This document shows positions 49,535 to 63,339 of a stretch of 64,000 nucleotides of DNA, piece after piece (position 1 is the first letter of the stretch; every line of letters begins with the position of its first letter). The notes below the pieces were generated by a model. The model saw only the letters and a list, made by a program, of their open reading frames with translations, ran no database searches and was not told the DNA's origin. The stretch covers positions 9,052,001 to 9,116,000 of the forward strand of contig NC_043012.1 in assembly GCF_006345805.1 (NCBI RefSeq). The letters run 5' to 3'. This DNA comes from Octopus sinensis (taxonomy: Eukaryota). The position numbers were made by a program, and so were the translations under genes.

Positions 49535-49765
49535 CTTTTACTTGTTTCAGTCATTTGGTGGTGGTAGTGGTGGGGGGGGGGAGCAAACACAGATATACAA
49601 ACACACACACACACATATACGACGGGCTTCTTTCAGCTTCCGTCTACCTAATTCTCTCACAAGGCTTTGATCGACCCAAAGCTATAATACAAGACACTTG
49701 CCCAAGATGCCACGCAGTAGGATTGAAACCGGAACCATGTGGTTGGGAAGCAAGCTTCTCACCGC
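49535..49765 (-). mobile_element. Family A SINE, internally deleted
   Basis: CAAGACACTTGCCCAAGATGCCACGC...GAAACCGGAACCATGTGG. Confidence 0.8.
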
Positions 49766-50029
49766 TTTTTGTATATAGTTGTAAATAGTTGTAGTAGCAG
49801 TAATAATTTTAAAGTAATGTTTAGATTGGCAGTTGTACGGATATAATATTAATCGTATTTAAAGCAAAACCAAATCAGAACTAATCTTCTCTCTGTATTT
49901 ATTAATCTTTATAATGACTCAACACAAGCTCTAATCTTATATTTTCATGAACAAAAAAGCGAGACGAATGTATCAGATCATTTCTTACAGAAGTCTTAGT
50001 TTTATTTACAGAGGGTGGTGGTCAGTCGA

Positions 50030-51070
50030 CGAAATCGACCCCAATACTTGGCTGGTAATATATATCATCTGTCCTGGAAGGATGAATGGCACGCTGACCT
50101 CTACGGGATTTGAACCTAGAATATAAAAATCCATAAAGTACTGCAAAGTATTTACCCGACTCTCGATCGATCCTACCGGTTCGTTAACCTTAACTGAATA
50201 GTGTCGAGTGCGAAATATCTCTACCACACCAATTAGGCATCGGTTCAGACATCCGACTCCCTTTTCTTCTAATATTTCACATTTTTGGCATTGGAAATTG
50301 ACCTTGATTTTTTTCCAGGAAACCTAATTTACTGCCAAAGAAAGGACAGGCTGGGGGTCGGGAGGAATTAACATATGTTATTGCCAAGAATATGATTCGA
50401 GTGAATCGAAGCAGTTTGCTGATGCTACAGGAATAATAACGGTTTCTATTAAAGAAGCAAAGTATCACATACCGGTTTCAAATTTTGGCACAAGGCCAGC
50501 AATCTTGGGTGTGGAGCTAAGTCAATTACATCGATCCTAGTACTCAACTGGTACTTATTTTATCGACCTTGAAATGATGGAAGATAAAGTCGACGTCATC
50601 GGAATTTGAATTTAGATTTTGAAGACGGACGAAATGCCGCTAAGCATTTTGTCCGATGTGCTAATTATTTTGCCAGTTCGCGCCTTAACAAGCCAGGTAT
50701 CAAATATTGTCGATTTAAGAGTCCTCAGTATTAAGTTGATTCATAGGTTGTTAACTACGGAAAGATGGAAACAAATTGATCTTAGATTTGAACTCATAGC
50801 TTAAAGGCATTTAACCGAATCTATTACTTTTTACTTCCCTTAAACCGTACTAATAAGTATTTTTAACACAGTAGTAAGCCATCAATTCAGAGAGGAGTAA
50901 TTAGTCAATACCATCGACCTTAGTATTTGACTGGTACTTTATTCTATGGACCACACAAAAATGAAAGGCACAGTTGACCTCGACGGGATTTGAACTCAGA
51001 ACGTAAAGAGTTGAAACAAATAGAGCAAACCATTTTGTCTCACACTCGATAGATTCTGCAAATTCGCTGC
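50030..51070 (-). mobile_element. Three old family B SINE copies (about 50030-50180, 50480-50685, 50890-51070)
   Basis: Repeated ...CTGGTACTT...GAAAGG...GACCTC.ACGGGATTTGAAC motifs. Confidence 0.75.
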
Positions 51071-51104
51071 CCTTCTAATAATACCGATCATAAAAATCGG
51101 TTTT

Positions 51105-51645
51105 ATCTTTTATTTGTTTCAGTCATTAGACTGAAGCCATGCTGGGGCACTGCCTTGAGGAATTTTAGACGAACTAATCAACCCCAGGACTTATTTTATA
51201 TGGTACATATTCAATCGGTCTCTTTTTCCAAACGGCTAAATTATGGGGATGTAAACATACCAACACCAGTTGTCAAGCGGTGGAGGGGACAGAAACTCAC
51301 ACACACACACACACGATGGGCTACGAAACCCACTCACAAGGCTTTGGTCGGCCCGAGTTTATAAGAGAAAAAAATTGCCCAAGGTACAACACAGTGGGAC
51401 TGAACCCAGAACCATATGGTTGGGAAGCAGACTTCTTACCATACAGCCTGGTTGCATATTTCTAACATAAGCACAATATTTCAAATACCCGGGGAGAATT
51501 AGTCAATGAAATTAACACCAATACTTGACTGGCATTTCACTTTTATCAATTCCGAACGAAAGGAAAGGTGAAGTGGGCGTGATCCGAACCTAGAACTTAA
51601 TGAGAGTACAACAAAGCATTTTCCCATCGCCCTAACAGTTCTGGC
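51105..51645 (-). mobile_element. Family A SINE (51105-51450) and an old family B copy (51490-51645)
   Basis: GTGGGACTGAACCCAGAACCATATGG; AATTAGTCAAT...TTGACTGGCA. Confidence 0.75.
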
Positions 51646-52020
51646 AAATTAAAACAAACCGATCGTATTTAATGACAGGCATAACAGAAGCCAGATACAA
51701 AGAATATAATATTTGCAATGTAATGTGCAGAACGGAAATTGTAGTGAGATATTTGCTTGTTGTATAAATAGTATTCCGATAATGTGATTAGTATTTTGTC
51801 TTACTGATTAATCATTTTATATTAGGTTCTTAATTAAGTCATTTATTGATAAAGTTGAAATTACATTTTGAAGATATGTACTCAATTAAGTCTCCTCAGA
51901 ATCCATAGATGAACCATCTAAGATTGGTGATTCAAAATACTTCACAATTTCTGCAGAGAGCTCACTCTGTAAATTTAATGATCAATACACAAAGGAATTT
52001 GCCACTCTGTAGCGTTGATA

Positions 52021-52335
52021 TTGTGGAGGCACATGGCCTAGTGATTAGAGCAGTGGACTCGCGGTCGAGGGTTCGCGGGTTCGAATCTCAGATCGGGCGA
52101 TGTGTAATTAGTCAATACCATCGACCTTCTGCTCCGGCAGAAGGTAATGGCGAAATTCTGCTGACTCTTTCGCCACAACTTTTTCTCACTCTTTCCTCCT
52201 GCGTCTTTCAGCTCACCTGCGACGGACCGGCGTCCCGTCCAGGTGGGGAACCTATACGCAAAGGAAACCGGAAAACCGGCCCTTATGAACCAGGCGTGGC
52301 TCGAGGACGAACGAACGAACGAACAACAACAACAG
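52021..52335 (+). mobile_element. tRNA SINE, family C, with (AAC)n tail and a replaced internal segment
   Basis: TGGCCTAGTGATTAG (A box), GGTTCGAATCT (B box), GCGACGGACCGGCGTCCCGTCCAGG, GAAACCGGAAAACCGGCCC. Confidence 0.9.
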
Positions 52336-52599
52336 CAGCAGCAGCTTTGATATTTCCCACGACCTTCCCCTACAGTTATGTGTATGAAGGCTAATTTAAA
52401 GCGCCATGTAATTCTCTCAATAAAACTACTGATCGGCACAGCACATACACATACACACATGGACGTGTGTGTATGTGTATGTACATGGTTCCAGTCTCGT
52501 TAGGGGACAATGGTGATTTCAAATTAGGGCTCATAATGTTTATCGTTTAGTAAATTAAAGGTTTATAACACATTCTGTTTTTCTATGAGATCTTTCTTT

Positions 52600-53167
52600 T
52601 ATCTTTTACTTGTTCAGTCATTTGACCGCGACCATGCTGGAGCACTACTTTGAATTTTTAGTGGATTGAATTGACTCCAGTACTTATTTTTTTGAGTCTG
52701 GTACTTATTCCGTCCATCTCTTTTACCGAACCGCTAAGTTACGGGGACACAAACACACCAGCGCCAGCTCTAAAGCGGTGGTGGGGGTAAAACACAGACA
52801 CAAAGACACAGACACACACACATACATACATATAAGCGTACATAGATACACACATACATACAAATATACATAGATACACACATACATACATATAAGCATA
52901 CATAGATACACACATACATACAAATATACATAGATACACACATACATACATACAAACATACATAGATACACACATGCACACATGCAAACATACATGCATA
53001 AATACACACACTCACACACTCGATGGGCTTCTTTCAATTTCCATCTACGAAAACCACTCACAAGGCTTTGGCCGAGCCGAGGTTACACCAGAAAAAGATT
53101 ACCCAACGCACCACACAGTGGGACTGAACCCGGAACCATGTGGTTGGGAAACAGACTTCTTACCACA
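52600..53167 (-). mobile_element. Family A SINE with an expanded internal CATA-based minisatellite
   Basis: Tail at 52600-52650, head at 53020-53167, repeated CATAGATACACACATACATAC units between. Confidence 0.85.
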
Positions 53168-53286
53168 CACACACACGCACACACACACACACACACACCA
53201 CACACACACACACACACACATTAACGGTTCAGCATAATGAAATAATATATAATATAATATAATATAATATAATATAATATAATATA

Positions 53287-53329
<43 letters not shown>

Positions 53330-53334
<5 letters not shown>

Positions 53335-53534
53335 ATCCAAACAAGAAAGCACAAAAAACACAACAACGCGAGGACGTGGAACAAATATAGTATTATTGGA
53401 CGCTCAGTAAAGAAGGAGGGTTTAACGTTTCGAGCGGAGCTCTTCGTTGGAAACATAGGAGAAGGAAAGATCCAGAGAAGGGAAGACAGAGGAAAAAAAA
53501 TCGCCAACGGTACACACGAGGTCACATTTTGATA
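53330..53534 (-). mobile_element. PLE-like terminal fragment inside a TA tract
   Basis: Contains the hammerhead motif at 53420-53454; the PLE origin is inferred from that motif. Confidence 0.5.
53420..53454 (-). ncRNA. Minimal type I hammerhead ribozyme motif, core partly degenerate
   Basis: GTTT-CCAACGA-A-GAGC-TCC-GCTC-GAAACGTT-AAAC: stems I and II intact, palindromic ACGT stem III, GUU cleavage triplet. Confidence 0.6.
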
Positions 53535-53700
53535 TATATGACGGGCTTCTTTTAGTTTCCGTTTGCCAAATCCACTTAAAAGGCTTTGGTGGGCCCGAGG
53601 CTGTAGCAGAAGATAATTGCTCAAGGTGCCACGCAATGGGACTGAATCCAGAACCATGTAGCTGGGAAACATGCTTCTTACCACACAGCCACATCAGCGC
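53535..53700 (-). mobile_element. Family A SINE 5' half
   Basis: GGGACTGAATCCAGAACCATG...TACCACACAGCCAC. Confidence 0.85.
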
Positions 53701-53754
53701 CTATATGTATGCGCACGAATCCATAACTATATGCTTATCTCTCTCTCTCTCTGT

Positions 53755-53771
53755 ATCTATCTATGTATCTG

Positions 53772-53846
<75 letters not shown>

Positions 53847-53855
53847 GTCTATCTG

Positions 53856-53941
<86 letters not shown>

Positions 53942-53960
53942 GATCGATCTATCTCTCTAT
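53755..53960. repeat. (TATC)n microsatellite
   Basis: Seen directly. Confidence 0.97.
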
Positions 53961-54799
53961 CTATTTGTGTTTACGGTCTATAATCCAATTGATATCTAAA
54001 TATGCGAGATATTTTATTGTGTAGTTTATTTATTCCAAATATTTTGTTGTTCAGTTTTAGAATCGGGTGTTCTTTCCGACATCATTGTGTAAAAAAAAAA
54101 AAAAAAAAAAGCGACCGTTTCCATAACAATATGTGTTTATGACGAATTGAAGTTACATTCGTCTTTGATGTGTCGATGTTCGGGTGGCGGTGATGACTTG
54201 GCAGCCTCATTATATATAATGTGAAAAGTTATACACACGCTCACACATTGCACATACACACACGAACTCTTACACACAAACACACTGAAATACGCACTCA
54301 CATGTATATGCACACACACTCACATCTGTATACACACACACACACACACACACATATCTTTATCCTTTGTTTACTTGTAAATATTATAATTTGTATAAAC
54401 ATGCGTACAGTTCTTTATTTAAAGATTTATTTGAAGTTTTATTTAAAGATTCCAAGGACATAATTTCCAATAGACATTCATTAGGATTCAAAGAAGAGGA
54501 AAAGAGGACAAGGAGAAATGAGAGAGAGATGGTGAAGAGTTTGTGAAAGAAAGGGACAATGACGTAACAGAAAGTGTGGGTGTTAATGAGAATGATGGAA
54601 ATAATTCATAATATGACATCAAAATAATTATCAAACAACAGTCTGTCATTCATTTATTTTCCCTCTCCATTGTTTTTGAATCGTTAATTGTAATTTATGT
54701 ATAAAATATTTTCATTTTCCCTGATTTAAAGAAAAATTCTCAAAAATAACATCAACCACTTGTTTGGTCTTTTGATATTTTTATGAATTAGTTCTTGGT

Positions 54800-55300
54800 A
54801 TTTTATATAATGATTGCTAACATAGTGCCTCACCGTCCTGATTTCTTTGCTCTTTGATAGATTCTCAATGTTCTGGATTCAAAAAACTCGGATGGTAATT
54901 GTCTTCTTTGTTCAGCTTTTTGTCGTAAAATCACTACAGGACTATATCAGACTTGACTGAATCGATTGTATCCTTACTCTGAATAAACTGACTTAATGTG
55001 TTGCCAACGTCTATTATCTTCCCACGATATATATTTTCCAATCAACCGAGACAGAGAAGACTGAAGTTGCTATATTTTACATTGATGTAAGGACCGACAG
55101 TCTTGGTAGTAGAGACCATCATTTCTCAGGCAGAAAAATTATTGCTGATGATCTCTTACACCCAAGAGCAAATTTCACGATTGCCTGATCCAATCTGACA
55201 GAGTAATTGAGGTAAAAGTAACGTGGAATCTATGATGTTTCAAATCATTGTAATATGTAGCTTCACAAGATAAAGATGCTGTTTTGCATTTGGCAAGAAT
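54800..55300 (+). pseudogene. Possible ancient CR1/L2-type RT remnant
   Basis: TEVAIFYIDVRTDSL resembles the 'xVxYxDxxKAFD' motif and SDRVIEVKV resembles 'LxxRxQxVxV'; many stops. Confidence 0.3.
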
Positions 55301-56379
55301 CGAGATTCTTATAGAAAGCTTGAGAATCAATGCTGGAATTTATACATCTCTTCAACCATTTATTTCCAATGAATCAATAATATATATCAGAGGTTGTTTA
55401 GGAAAATTGTTTTTCAGTATAGAAGAGAATGAGAGATCAAGTGGTTTATTCTTCGTCTGGATGGTCGTGGCTGGAACTCATGGGACCATACATGAAGATC
55501 AAAAACTAGATAGTATGAAAGGAAACGAAACGTGTCTATGTGTCAATGTATATTTGTGCGTGTATATGTATGTTCGTATATATTCTTTCTTGTGACACAA
55601 AGTCTTCCATAATGAACTCCAGTGTAACAATTTGAATTAGCCCTATATGTTATCGGTTGTTTAGCAGAATTGAACTCGGAACATTGATGAAGGTTGGTAT
55701 ATAACATGCAGCTATTAATACAATTTGTTATTCATTGAAGTACAAGTCAACGTTTTCTATATAAATAAAACCATCAGATGTCTTTATTATTCCCAACATG
55801 GAGGTAGGAATAAATCGATGCGCAGTTTATAAATAACTGTCTGATGGGGTTTTGTAATGTAAACAATTTAACCTTCTCTGACACTGCCTCTCTCTTTTTC
55901 TTAGTCGTTCTCTTTCCTCTTCTTCTCCTCTTCCTCCTTCTATTTCCTTCTTCATTCATCTTCTGCTTCTTCAACAAATGTTGAGGTAATTTCTACTACT
56001 TAAATAAAATCACTTCGTTTATTTAGGTGATACTGTAAAAGCTGGAGAATATAAACTCTATAGACTGGACCGTTATATATACCGGGTATTTCCTTTACGG
56101 ACGTCCGTCGGATGGAAAATGAAACTGTTGGGTCTGAATTGATTCCAAAGTATTGAGACAAGAGCAACAATATTTAAAACTCTACGTTGTTTAATAGCAA
56201 CTCCACCAAAATATATAAAGTACAGTAATGTACTGTATTATTGTATAATGAAGAATCTCTGAAGAACTGTCATCACTGAGGGTATAATAGAACGTAGTAT
56301 TCTCCTGTTGCCTTCTCTAAACCTATGAGAGGATTTGTGTTCAATACTATAATAGGAAATAACACTTAACTCATATATT

Positions 56380-57581
56380 CCAGGGTCGGCTGAAAAAGTT
56401 TAAAGGCTGATCAAGATACTCTCATGCAATGTGACCGAATGAGGCTTATTTTCAACATAGTTTCCCCTGCAGTTCACAAAGTTTTTCCATCAGTGTTGCA
56501 GTGCGTGGATTCCATTGATGAAGAAACTATCATCCTGTTGGTAAAAAAAAAAAAAAAAGAAAATTGCCAACAGCAGATATGAAGTCATCATCACTGCGAT
56601 ACTGGTTCTCAGCCAAGTATTTTTTCCTGATGGGCAATAGAAGATAGCCAGATGGGGCCAAATTAGGAGAGAAGGAGGGTAACCAATCAGTTCAAAGTCA
56701 CAGTCACGCACAACGGCCATTGAAACCAACTTGTGTGCTGGAGCATTGTTCTAATGAAACAACACTCCTTTCGTCAGTTTTCCTGGTTATTTGGTCTTGA
56801 TAACCTTTCGCAACTGTCTCAGCAATTTGATACAGTACTCCCCATTCACTGCAGAGGAAACAAATTTGACCTTCTATAGAGCAGGCGAAGAGTGGTGTTT
56901 CCAGTGCATGGATTGTCTCTTTGTCGCTTGCTCATCCTGGCTTATAAAACATTGAAGAAAACCGGCTGGACCTGCCTCAAATAATGTCAGATTTTTCTTT
57001 GATATGATCAGCCTGGTGCGCTTTTGGTCAGGTGTCAGAAGGCGTGGAAACCCACGAAACAGAAATCTTCATCATGTCAAGTTTATTGTGCAGAGTAGTC
57101 TCAACTCCCTCACAGAATATGCTAAACGGATTGACTATTTGATTTATAATCAATCGCCTGTCAGCCATCAGCAAATGGTGAACACGATCAATGTTTTCTT
57201 CGATGGTGGCAGTTGCAGAACGTCCAGTCATTGGGTCATCTCTAAGACTCTTCCTTCTTCTCCTGGATTCAGCAGCCCACTTTTTGCACTGCTGATAAAT
57301 CTGGAGAATCATCTAATGCCGTAACCATGTCAGCATGAATGTCCTTGGGGCTAAATTCTTTTCCTGCAGGTACTTGATAACATTACAATACCATAGTTTG
57401 TCCATTTTCAAGAAAAATCACTATTTGTCACTTTTGAAGTCTTCTCTGAACTGTCTGAATCAGATTACCTGGAATGAAACAATGCCGTTATTAATAAGAT
57501 TTGAAATTAATGTATTGAAGATTTCATAGCAATATCATCATCTCTTCATAGTCAGCCTATGAACTTTCCAGCCCACCCTCG
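56380..57581 (-). mobile_element. Mariner element, about 1.2 kb, decayed transposase
   Basis: TIRs CGAGGGTGGGCTGGAAAGTTCATAGGCTGA vs CCAGGGTCGGCTGAAAAAGTTTAAAGGCTGA; SLRDDPMTGRSATATIEENIDRVHHLLMADRRL. Confidence 0.9.
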
Positions 57582-57919
57582 TATACAGTAAGTTTCGTAT
57601 GTCTATTTGGTGCCTCTCTACAGACACTAAAACATAAACGCTCACGGTCGTAGTCCAGTGACTGAAACCAGTAAAAGAAGAAAAGAAGAAAAAATATACA
57701 CTCACACATACCACCCCATATATATATATATGACTAGCGAATGGAAATCGTGCATATAATGACCCTCTGCGGACGTAACTGGACCCGTTGAAAGTAGTGC
57801 TCTTGCAATTATCCACTTCTCTTTGAAACGCACACACACAGACACACATATTGTATATAAGAATATATATACGTGTGAGTTTATGCATATATGAATATAT
57901 ATATATGTGTGTGTGTGTG

Positions 57920-58170
<251 letters not shown>

Positions 58171-58749
58171 TATCCATACACAGGCACATACACAGGCACA
58201 TATATGATTGAGGTGGTTCAGGGTACCTAGGAACCCGTGTCTTTTTTATTGCTTTGTTTTTAGTTCTGTCGGGAGAGTATTCAATTACAGCTGCGATGTA
58301 CTCAGTCGTGGTTAATACTGAACAGATTTGCTGTAGAACACACGAGAATGTCTCATACTAATTATTGTCGTAACCTGTTTCAACGTAGGTCGTTGTTATT
58401 CGTGCGTAACAGTACTATAACATTTTCGATGTATTAGACACATCATCATTTGTCGAATTCCTGGTATGGTTATACAAACAAATGCTTTACAAATTGCTCT
58501 GCTGATTGCGCAGAAATGCTTTAGAAAATTACATAAAAGATGCAAGATTGCAATTTCTTCAACTGCAGGCATCGTATATGAATACTCGTAATTATTATAT
58601 TGATAAAGAAATATAACGATTTGTCTTGAGGTCATAATGAAAGCTTCCATTTTTGTTCTAAGTGTTAAAGACACATACAATGGGCTGTTTCACTTACACC
58701 TATCAAATTTCACTCATAAAAGGCCAAGGCGGAGCTATAGTATAAAATA

Positions 58750-59956
58750 CAAGGAGTGTTCATTAAAGATTTTCCCTGACCACCTCCGGTTATTGCAGGA
58801 AATGGAACTTGTACAGGTATAATCATACATGTTTCTACATGTCACATTGTAAATTTCGGCTTTCCACTAGTATTTGTTTGTCTCTTACGGCTGCTGAAGT
58901 GGACTAAGGTGTTGAAATGGAGGCAGCTGAATGCAGATCAGTGATCAGGTTCTTATATTTGAAAGGTCAAACACCAAAAGAGACTTTCGATGCGATGAAA
59001 AACGTTTATGGTCACGATGCACCATCATACGACGTAGTTAAGCACTGGCATCGCCAGTTCAAATGTGGTCGGACATCGGTGGAAACTGCTCTCATTCCTG
59101 GACGACCACATTCCGCCATTGATAACGGCACCATCCATAATGTGGAAGCCGTCATTTTGGATGATCGCCGCATAAGTATTCGGCAAATAGCCCAAGAAAT
59201 GAAGATAAGTGTAGGATCCGTGAAAAACAAAAAAAATCACGACCATTTTCACATGTGAAAGTTATCTGCATGATGGATTTCCTGGCTGCTCACTTTTTCA
59301 GAAGCAGAAACGAGTCAATTGCACCCAGGCTCTTTTGGCAATGTGCCAAGAAAATGAGGAGGACTTTTTGGGCAGACTTATCACACAGGACGAAACATGG
59401 GTCCAGCACCACCTCCAAAGAAGGTCGTGCCCAACCCTCAGCAGGCAAGGTTGGGACCAGCGCGGAGTAGTGACGTTGGATTTTCTGGCAAAAGACACCA
59501 CAATTAACGGGGTATATTATGCTTCCCTGCTGCAGAAATTGCGGGACGCCATCAAAGCAAAGAGACATTGTATGCTGATCAAAGGAGTCCGCCTCCTCCA
59601 AGACAATGCCCCAGTTCACAATGCTCATGTTGTCCAGATTGAAACACCCTCTTGCAGCTATGAAATCCTTCATCATCTTGCTTACTTTCTCGACCTCGTA
59701 CCATCTGACCTCTGCCTCATTCCAACCATGAAGTCTTTTTTGAAGGGGAAGCACATTTCGGATGATGAACTTATTTCTGAGGCTCCAGACGCAACCCACC
59801 GACTTCTTGAGACGAGGTCTTCACAGCTGCATAAATCGACGGGAGAAGTCACCATTGGTGGTGGCAATGTAGAGAAGGACCAACAATTATGTCAAGTATC
59901 GTTTATCTCAGTGCTTGGGATGTGGGTCAGGCGAAATCTTTAACGAACACCCTCCA
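58750..59956 (+). mobile_element. Mariner element (DD34D) with internal deletions
   Basis: About 31-bp TIRs ...TGTTC(A/G)TTAAAGATTT...CCTGACC with TA flanks; RSVIRFL...GRP, TQDETWV, LQDNAPVH...DLVPSD (34 residues between D and D). Confidence 0.93.
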
Positions 59957-60291
59957 TACTTGCCTAAATGTATCAAACTCGGTTAGAAAGCAAATTTCTT
60001 AATCACATGGTCATTATATCACAAAATTCTAAGTTAATGATTCTTCATTCGTTGTCCTATTGGTTTTCCTTTGGTATTCGACAACAATATAATTTAATAT
60101 TCAGTTGTTGTTTAACTCTAAGTAATTCTCATAAAACAGACCAATAACAAAAAGCTTTCTCCTTGTAATTCTCACAACTATATTTTACTAATTGAAAAAT
60201 AAGTGTATCTAGGATTACATTATGAAATGTATAGTTTCTTTGTTAAGACGGTAGGGTAAGGGTTAGCTTTGGTTCATTTCTTATTTTTTAT

Positions 60292-60700
60292 TTCTTTATT
60301 ACCCACAAGGGGCAAAACATAGAGGGGACAAACAAGACAGACGGATTAAGTCGATTATATCGACCCCAGTGAGTAACTGGTACTTATTTTATCGACCCCG
60401 AAAGGATGAAAGGCAAAGTCGACCTCGGCGGAATTTGAACTCAGAACGTGAAGACAGACGAAATACCTATTTCTTTACTACCCACAAGGGGCTAAACACA
60501 GAGGGGACGAACAAGGACAGACAAACGGATTAAGTCGATTACATCGACTCCACAGTACGTAACTGGTACTTAATTTATCGACCCCGAAAGGATGATAGGC
60601 AAAGTCGACCTCGGCGGAATTTGAACTCAGAACGTAACGGCAGACGAAATACGACTACGCATTTCGCCCGGCGTGCTAACGTTTCTGCCAGCTCACCGCG
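60292..60700 (-). mobile_element. Dimeric family B SINE
   Basis: Same GACGAAATAC|CTATTTCTTTACT junction (60466/60467) as at 2910/2911. Confidence 0.92.
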
Positions 60701-61163
60701 GCTCATTTTTGATAAGAGATCAGTAACAAAAAACGTTCTCGTAATAATCTTCACGACTGTATCACATTGTGCGTATGTGTATCTCGGACTACGTTAGCAA
60801 ATGTGTAGTTTCTTTCTTAAGATTGTAGTGTATGGTTTGAGGGCGAATTAGCTTCTATCTCTTGCACTCAAACGGATATAAACGGATAAAAAGCAATTTT
60901 TCATTTGCTCTAATTTATAAATATTTAATTTAGTATAAAGTCACATTCATCGTGTCTGCGTAATTGTATCTGTATGTGTGTATAAGTGTATGTTTGTATG
61001 CATGCGTGTGTTTATGGATTGCCTCTGTGTGCTTGAGTCTGTGAGTAAATACATTTTCTGAATGCATTTACAAGCAGTTGCGCACGCACGTATTTGTGTG
61101 CGTATAAATGCAATGCATATATACATACCTACATACATGTATATACATAGTACATACCTACAT

Positions 61164-61166
61164 ACA

Positions 61167-61244
<78 letters not shown>

Positions 61245-61277
61245 CCTACCTGTCTATCTATCTATCTATCTATCTAC

Positions 61278-61344
<67 letters not shown>

Positions 61345-61348
61345 CCTG

Positions 61349-61428
<80 letters not shown>

Positions 61429-61457
61429 CCTACCTGTCTATCTATCTATCTACCTAT
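61164..61457. repeat. Interrupted (TATC)n array, left flank of the Tx1 element
   Basis: ACATATC start; TACCTACCTGTC, TACC and TACCTGTC interruptions. Confidence 0.97.
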
Positions 61458-62597
61458 AGAGGCCGAAGAAGGGCGAATGGCACCGCGAGTGTCGCGTTGC
61501 TCTCAAGCAACTCTGCTGTCCCGGGTCGACCTTGAGTGACTTCAACACAACCAAAGCATTCTATAGGGGATTAGTGGAGGGGAGGTACGACGACGAGCTC
61601 GGGGCAAACCTGGGCGTCGACGAGGAATACCTGACCCGCCTGTTTCAAACGACTTTCGGCCCGGGACCTATGGACAACTTCCAGAGATCCCTGGCCTGGC
61701 GGTGCTACCGAGAAGCGCTACCCGTTCGGGATAAGCTCTATAGGCATGGCTCGAGAAACACGGGGCCGACCTGCCCGAGATGCGGTCAGAGCGACGAAAC
61801 CGCTCTGCACGCAATCGTGCAGTGTCCAGCAATTTCCCACCTGTGGGCTTATGTCGAACGACTGCTGTCACGTGTGGGACGTGTCGGTTTATCCGCCGAG
61901 TCTATCGTTAATATCGTCACGCCTCCTTCCTTCAAACGGGAAGGAAGAGCTATTTTTATCATACTTGTGGCTATGGCGAAAGAATGTATCTGGTGGACGC
62001 GTCTGAAAGGATTAGAGACAAACACTTTCCTCTCTGGTCAATCTCTCATCAACTTCTTCAAGTATCACTTGAAGAAAAAAGTGAGAGTAGAGAGGCAAGT
62101 TTTGTCTAGTGAATGTTTTAAAAAAAGATGGGTGAATGTAGCAAGGATGGCACGTATGAATGACGAAGCCACCTTGACTATGATTCTATGAACCGTAAAA
62201 ATTAATACAGAGAGTTGCTTATTTGCAAAAAAAAAAAAGAAATATAACATGTGACTTCATTGACCGAGGTTACCGTGGTCTTTTCCGTAGGCTTTTCTTT
62301 CCACGGGTAAACCTCACCTGTCCTCCCCTTTACACTTCATATTGACATTTCTGTGATAACGATCCCTATTGATCAATTTTTTTTCCTCTCCCCCCCTTTT
62401 TTTAACCCCCCCTTTTTTTGTCCTCTTTCTCTCCTTTTACGATCCCTTTTGATCGACCCCCCCTTTTTTATTTTATTTTATTTTTTATTTTATTATTATT
62501 ATTATTATTTTTTAATTTTTTTTTTAAACCTTCAAAAGAAAAGCTCTACCTTGTAATTTGTTCTATCTGTGTGCAGCCCTGTGTGGCTAATAAAGAA
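61458..62597 (+). mobile_element. Young 5'-truncated Tx1/L1-clade LINE (ORF2 C-terminus with zf-RVT, T-rich 3' UTR, AATAAA)
   Basis: Open frame to 62191: NFQRSLAWRCYREALPVRDKL...CPRCGQSDETALHAIVQCP...LWAYVE; UTR ends AATAAAGAA. Confidence 0.93.
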
Positions 62598-62600
62598 ACA

Positions 62601-62662
<62 letters not shown>

Positions 62663-62687
62663 CCTACCTGTCTATCTATCTATCTAC

Positions 62688-62754
<67 letters not shown>

Positions 62755-62758
62755 CCTG

Positions 62759-62819
<61 letters not shown>

Positions 62820-62820
62820 A
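62598..62820. repeat. Interrupted (TATC)n array, right flank of the Tx1 element
   Basis: Same ACATATC start and same order of interruptions as the left flank. Confidence 0.97.
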
Positions 62821-63339
62821 ACTATATATAACTACGCAATTGTGTGTATATGTCATTATGCCAATATAATTAACACACGCACACTGGTTCAATACCACTC
62901 ATTGATTAAATATCCGTTTTTTTGTTGCTTTTTTTGCACAGTGTTTTATGTATATACATATATGTGTGTGTATGTATATCTACCAACAGATATATACATA
63001 CACATTCAGATAGATATTTATGATACAGATATGTTTGTATATATATATGTATATGTACACACATAAGTATAATAGTACATTCATATGCACGTATGTTAAA
63101 ATACATATATATATAAAAATAGATGCTATTTGAATAAGACGCTGCTCGCGGTATTCCACAAGCTCGAAATCTCCGCCATTACTAAATACGCTAATTCGGT
63201 AATTATATTGTTGTGTAAATTTGTCCAAGATAATTTGACAAATATATTCCGCAGCTGATGTTGCTATGGGAAAACTCCAGCATTATGTTTGGTTTCAAGC
63301 TGTGTTGAGTTAAGGCGCCAAATAACGGTAGCGACAATA

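Noticed and set aside
50230-50450. Possible exon after TTTTTTCCAG
   Set aside because: No recognisable protein; FLALE and QFADAT suggest a decayed L1-type RT remnant, but too weak to annotate.
685-52335. tRNA genes at A/B-box matches
   Set aside because: All continue into SINE bodies and lack a complete cloverleaf acceptor stem.
55140-55180. CTGATGA followed by a CTCTT/AAGAG stem
   Set aside because: CAAA instead of GAAA, no stem I, and it lies in a probable LINE remnant.
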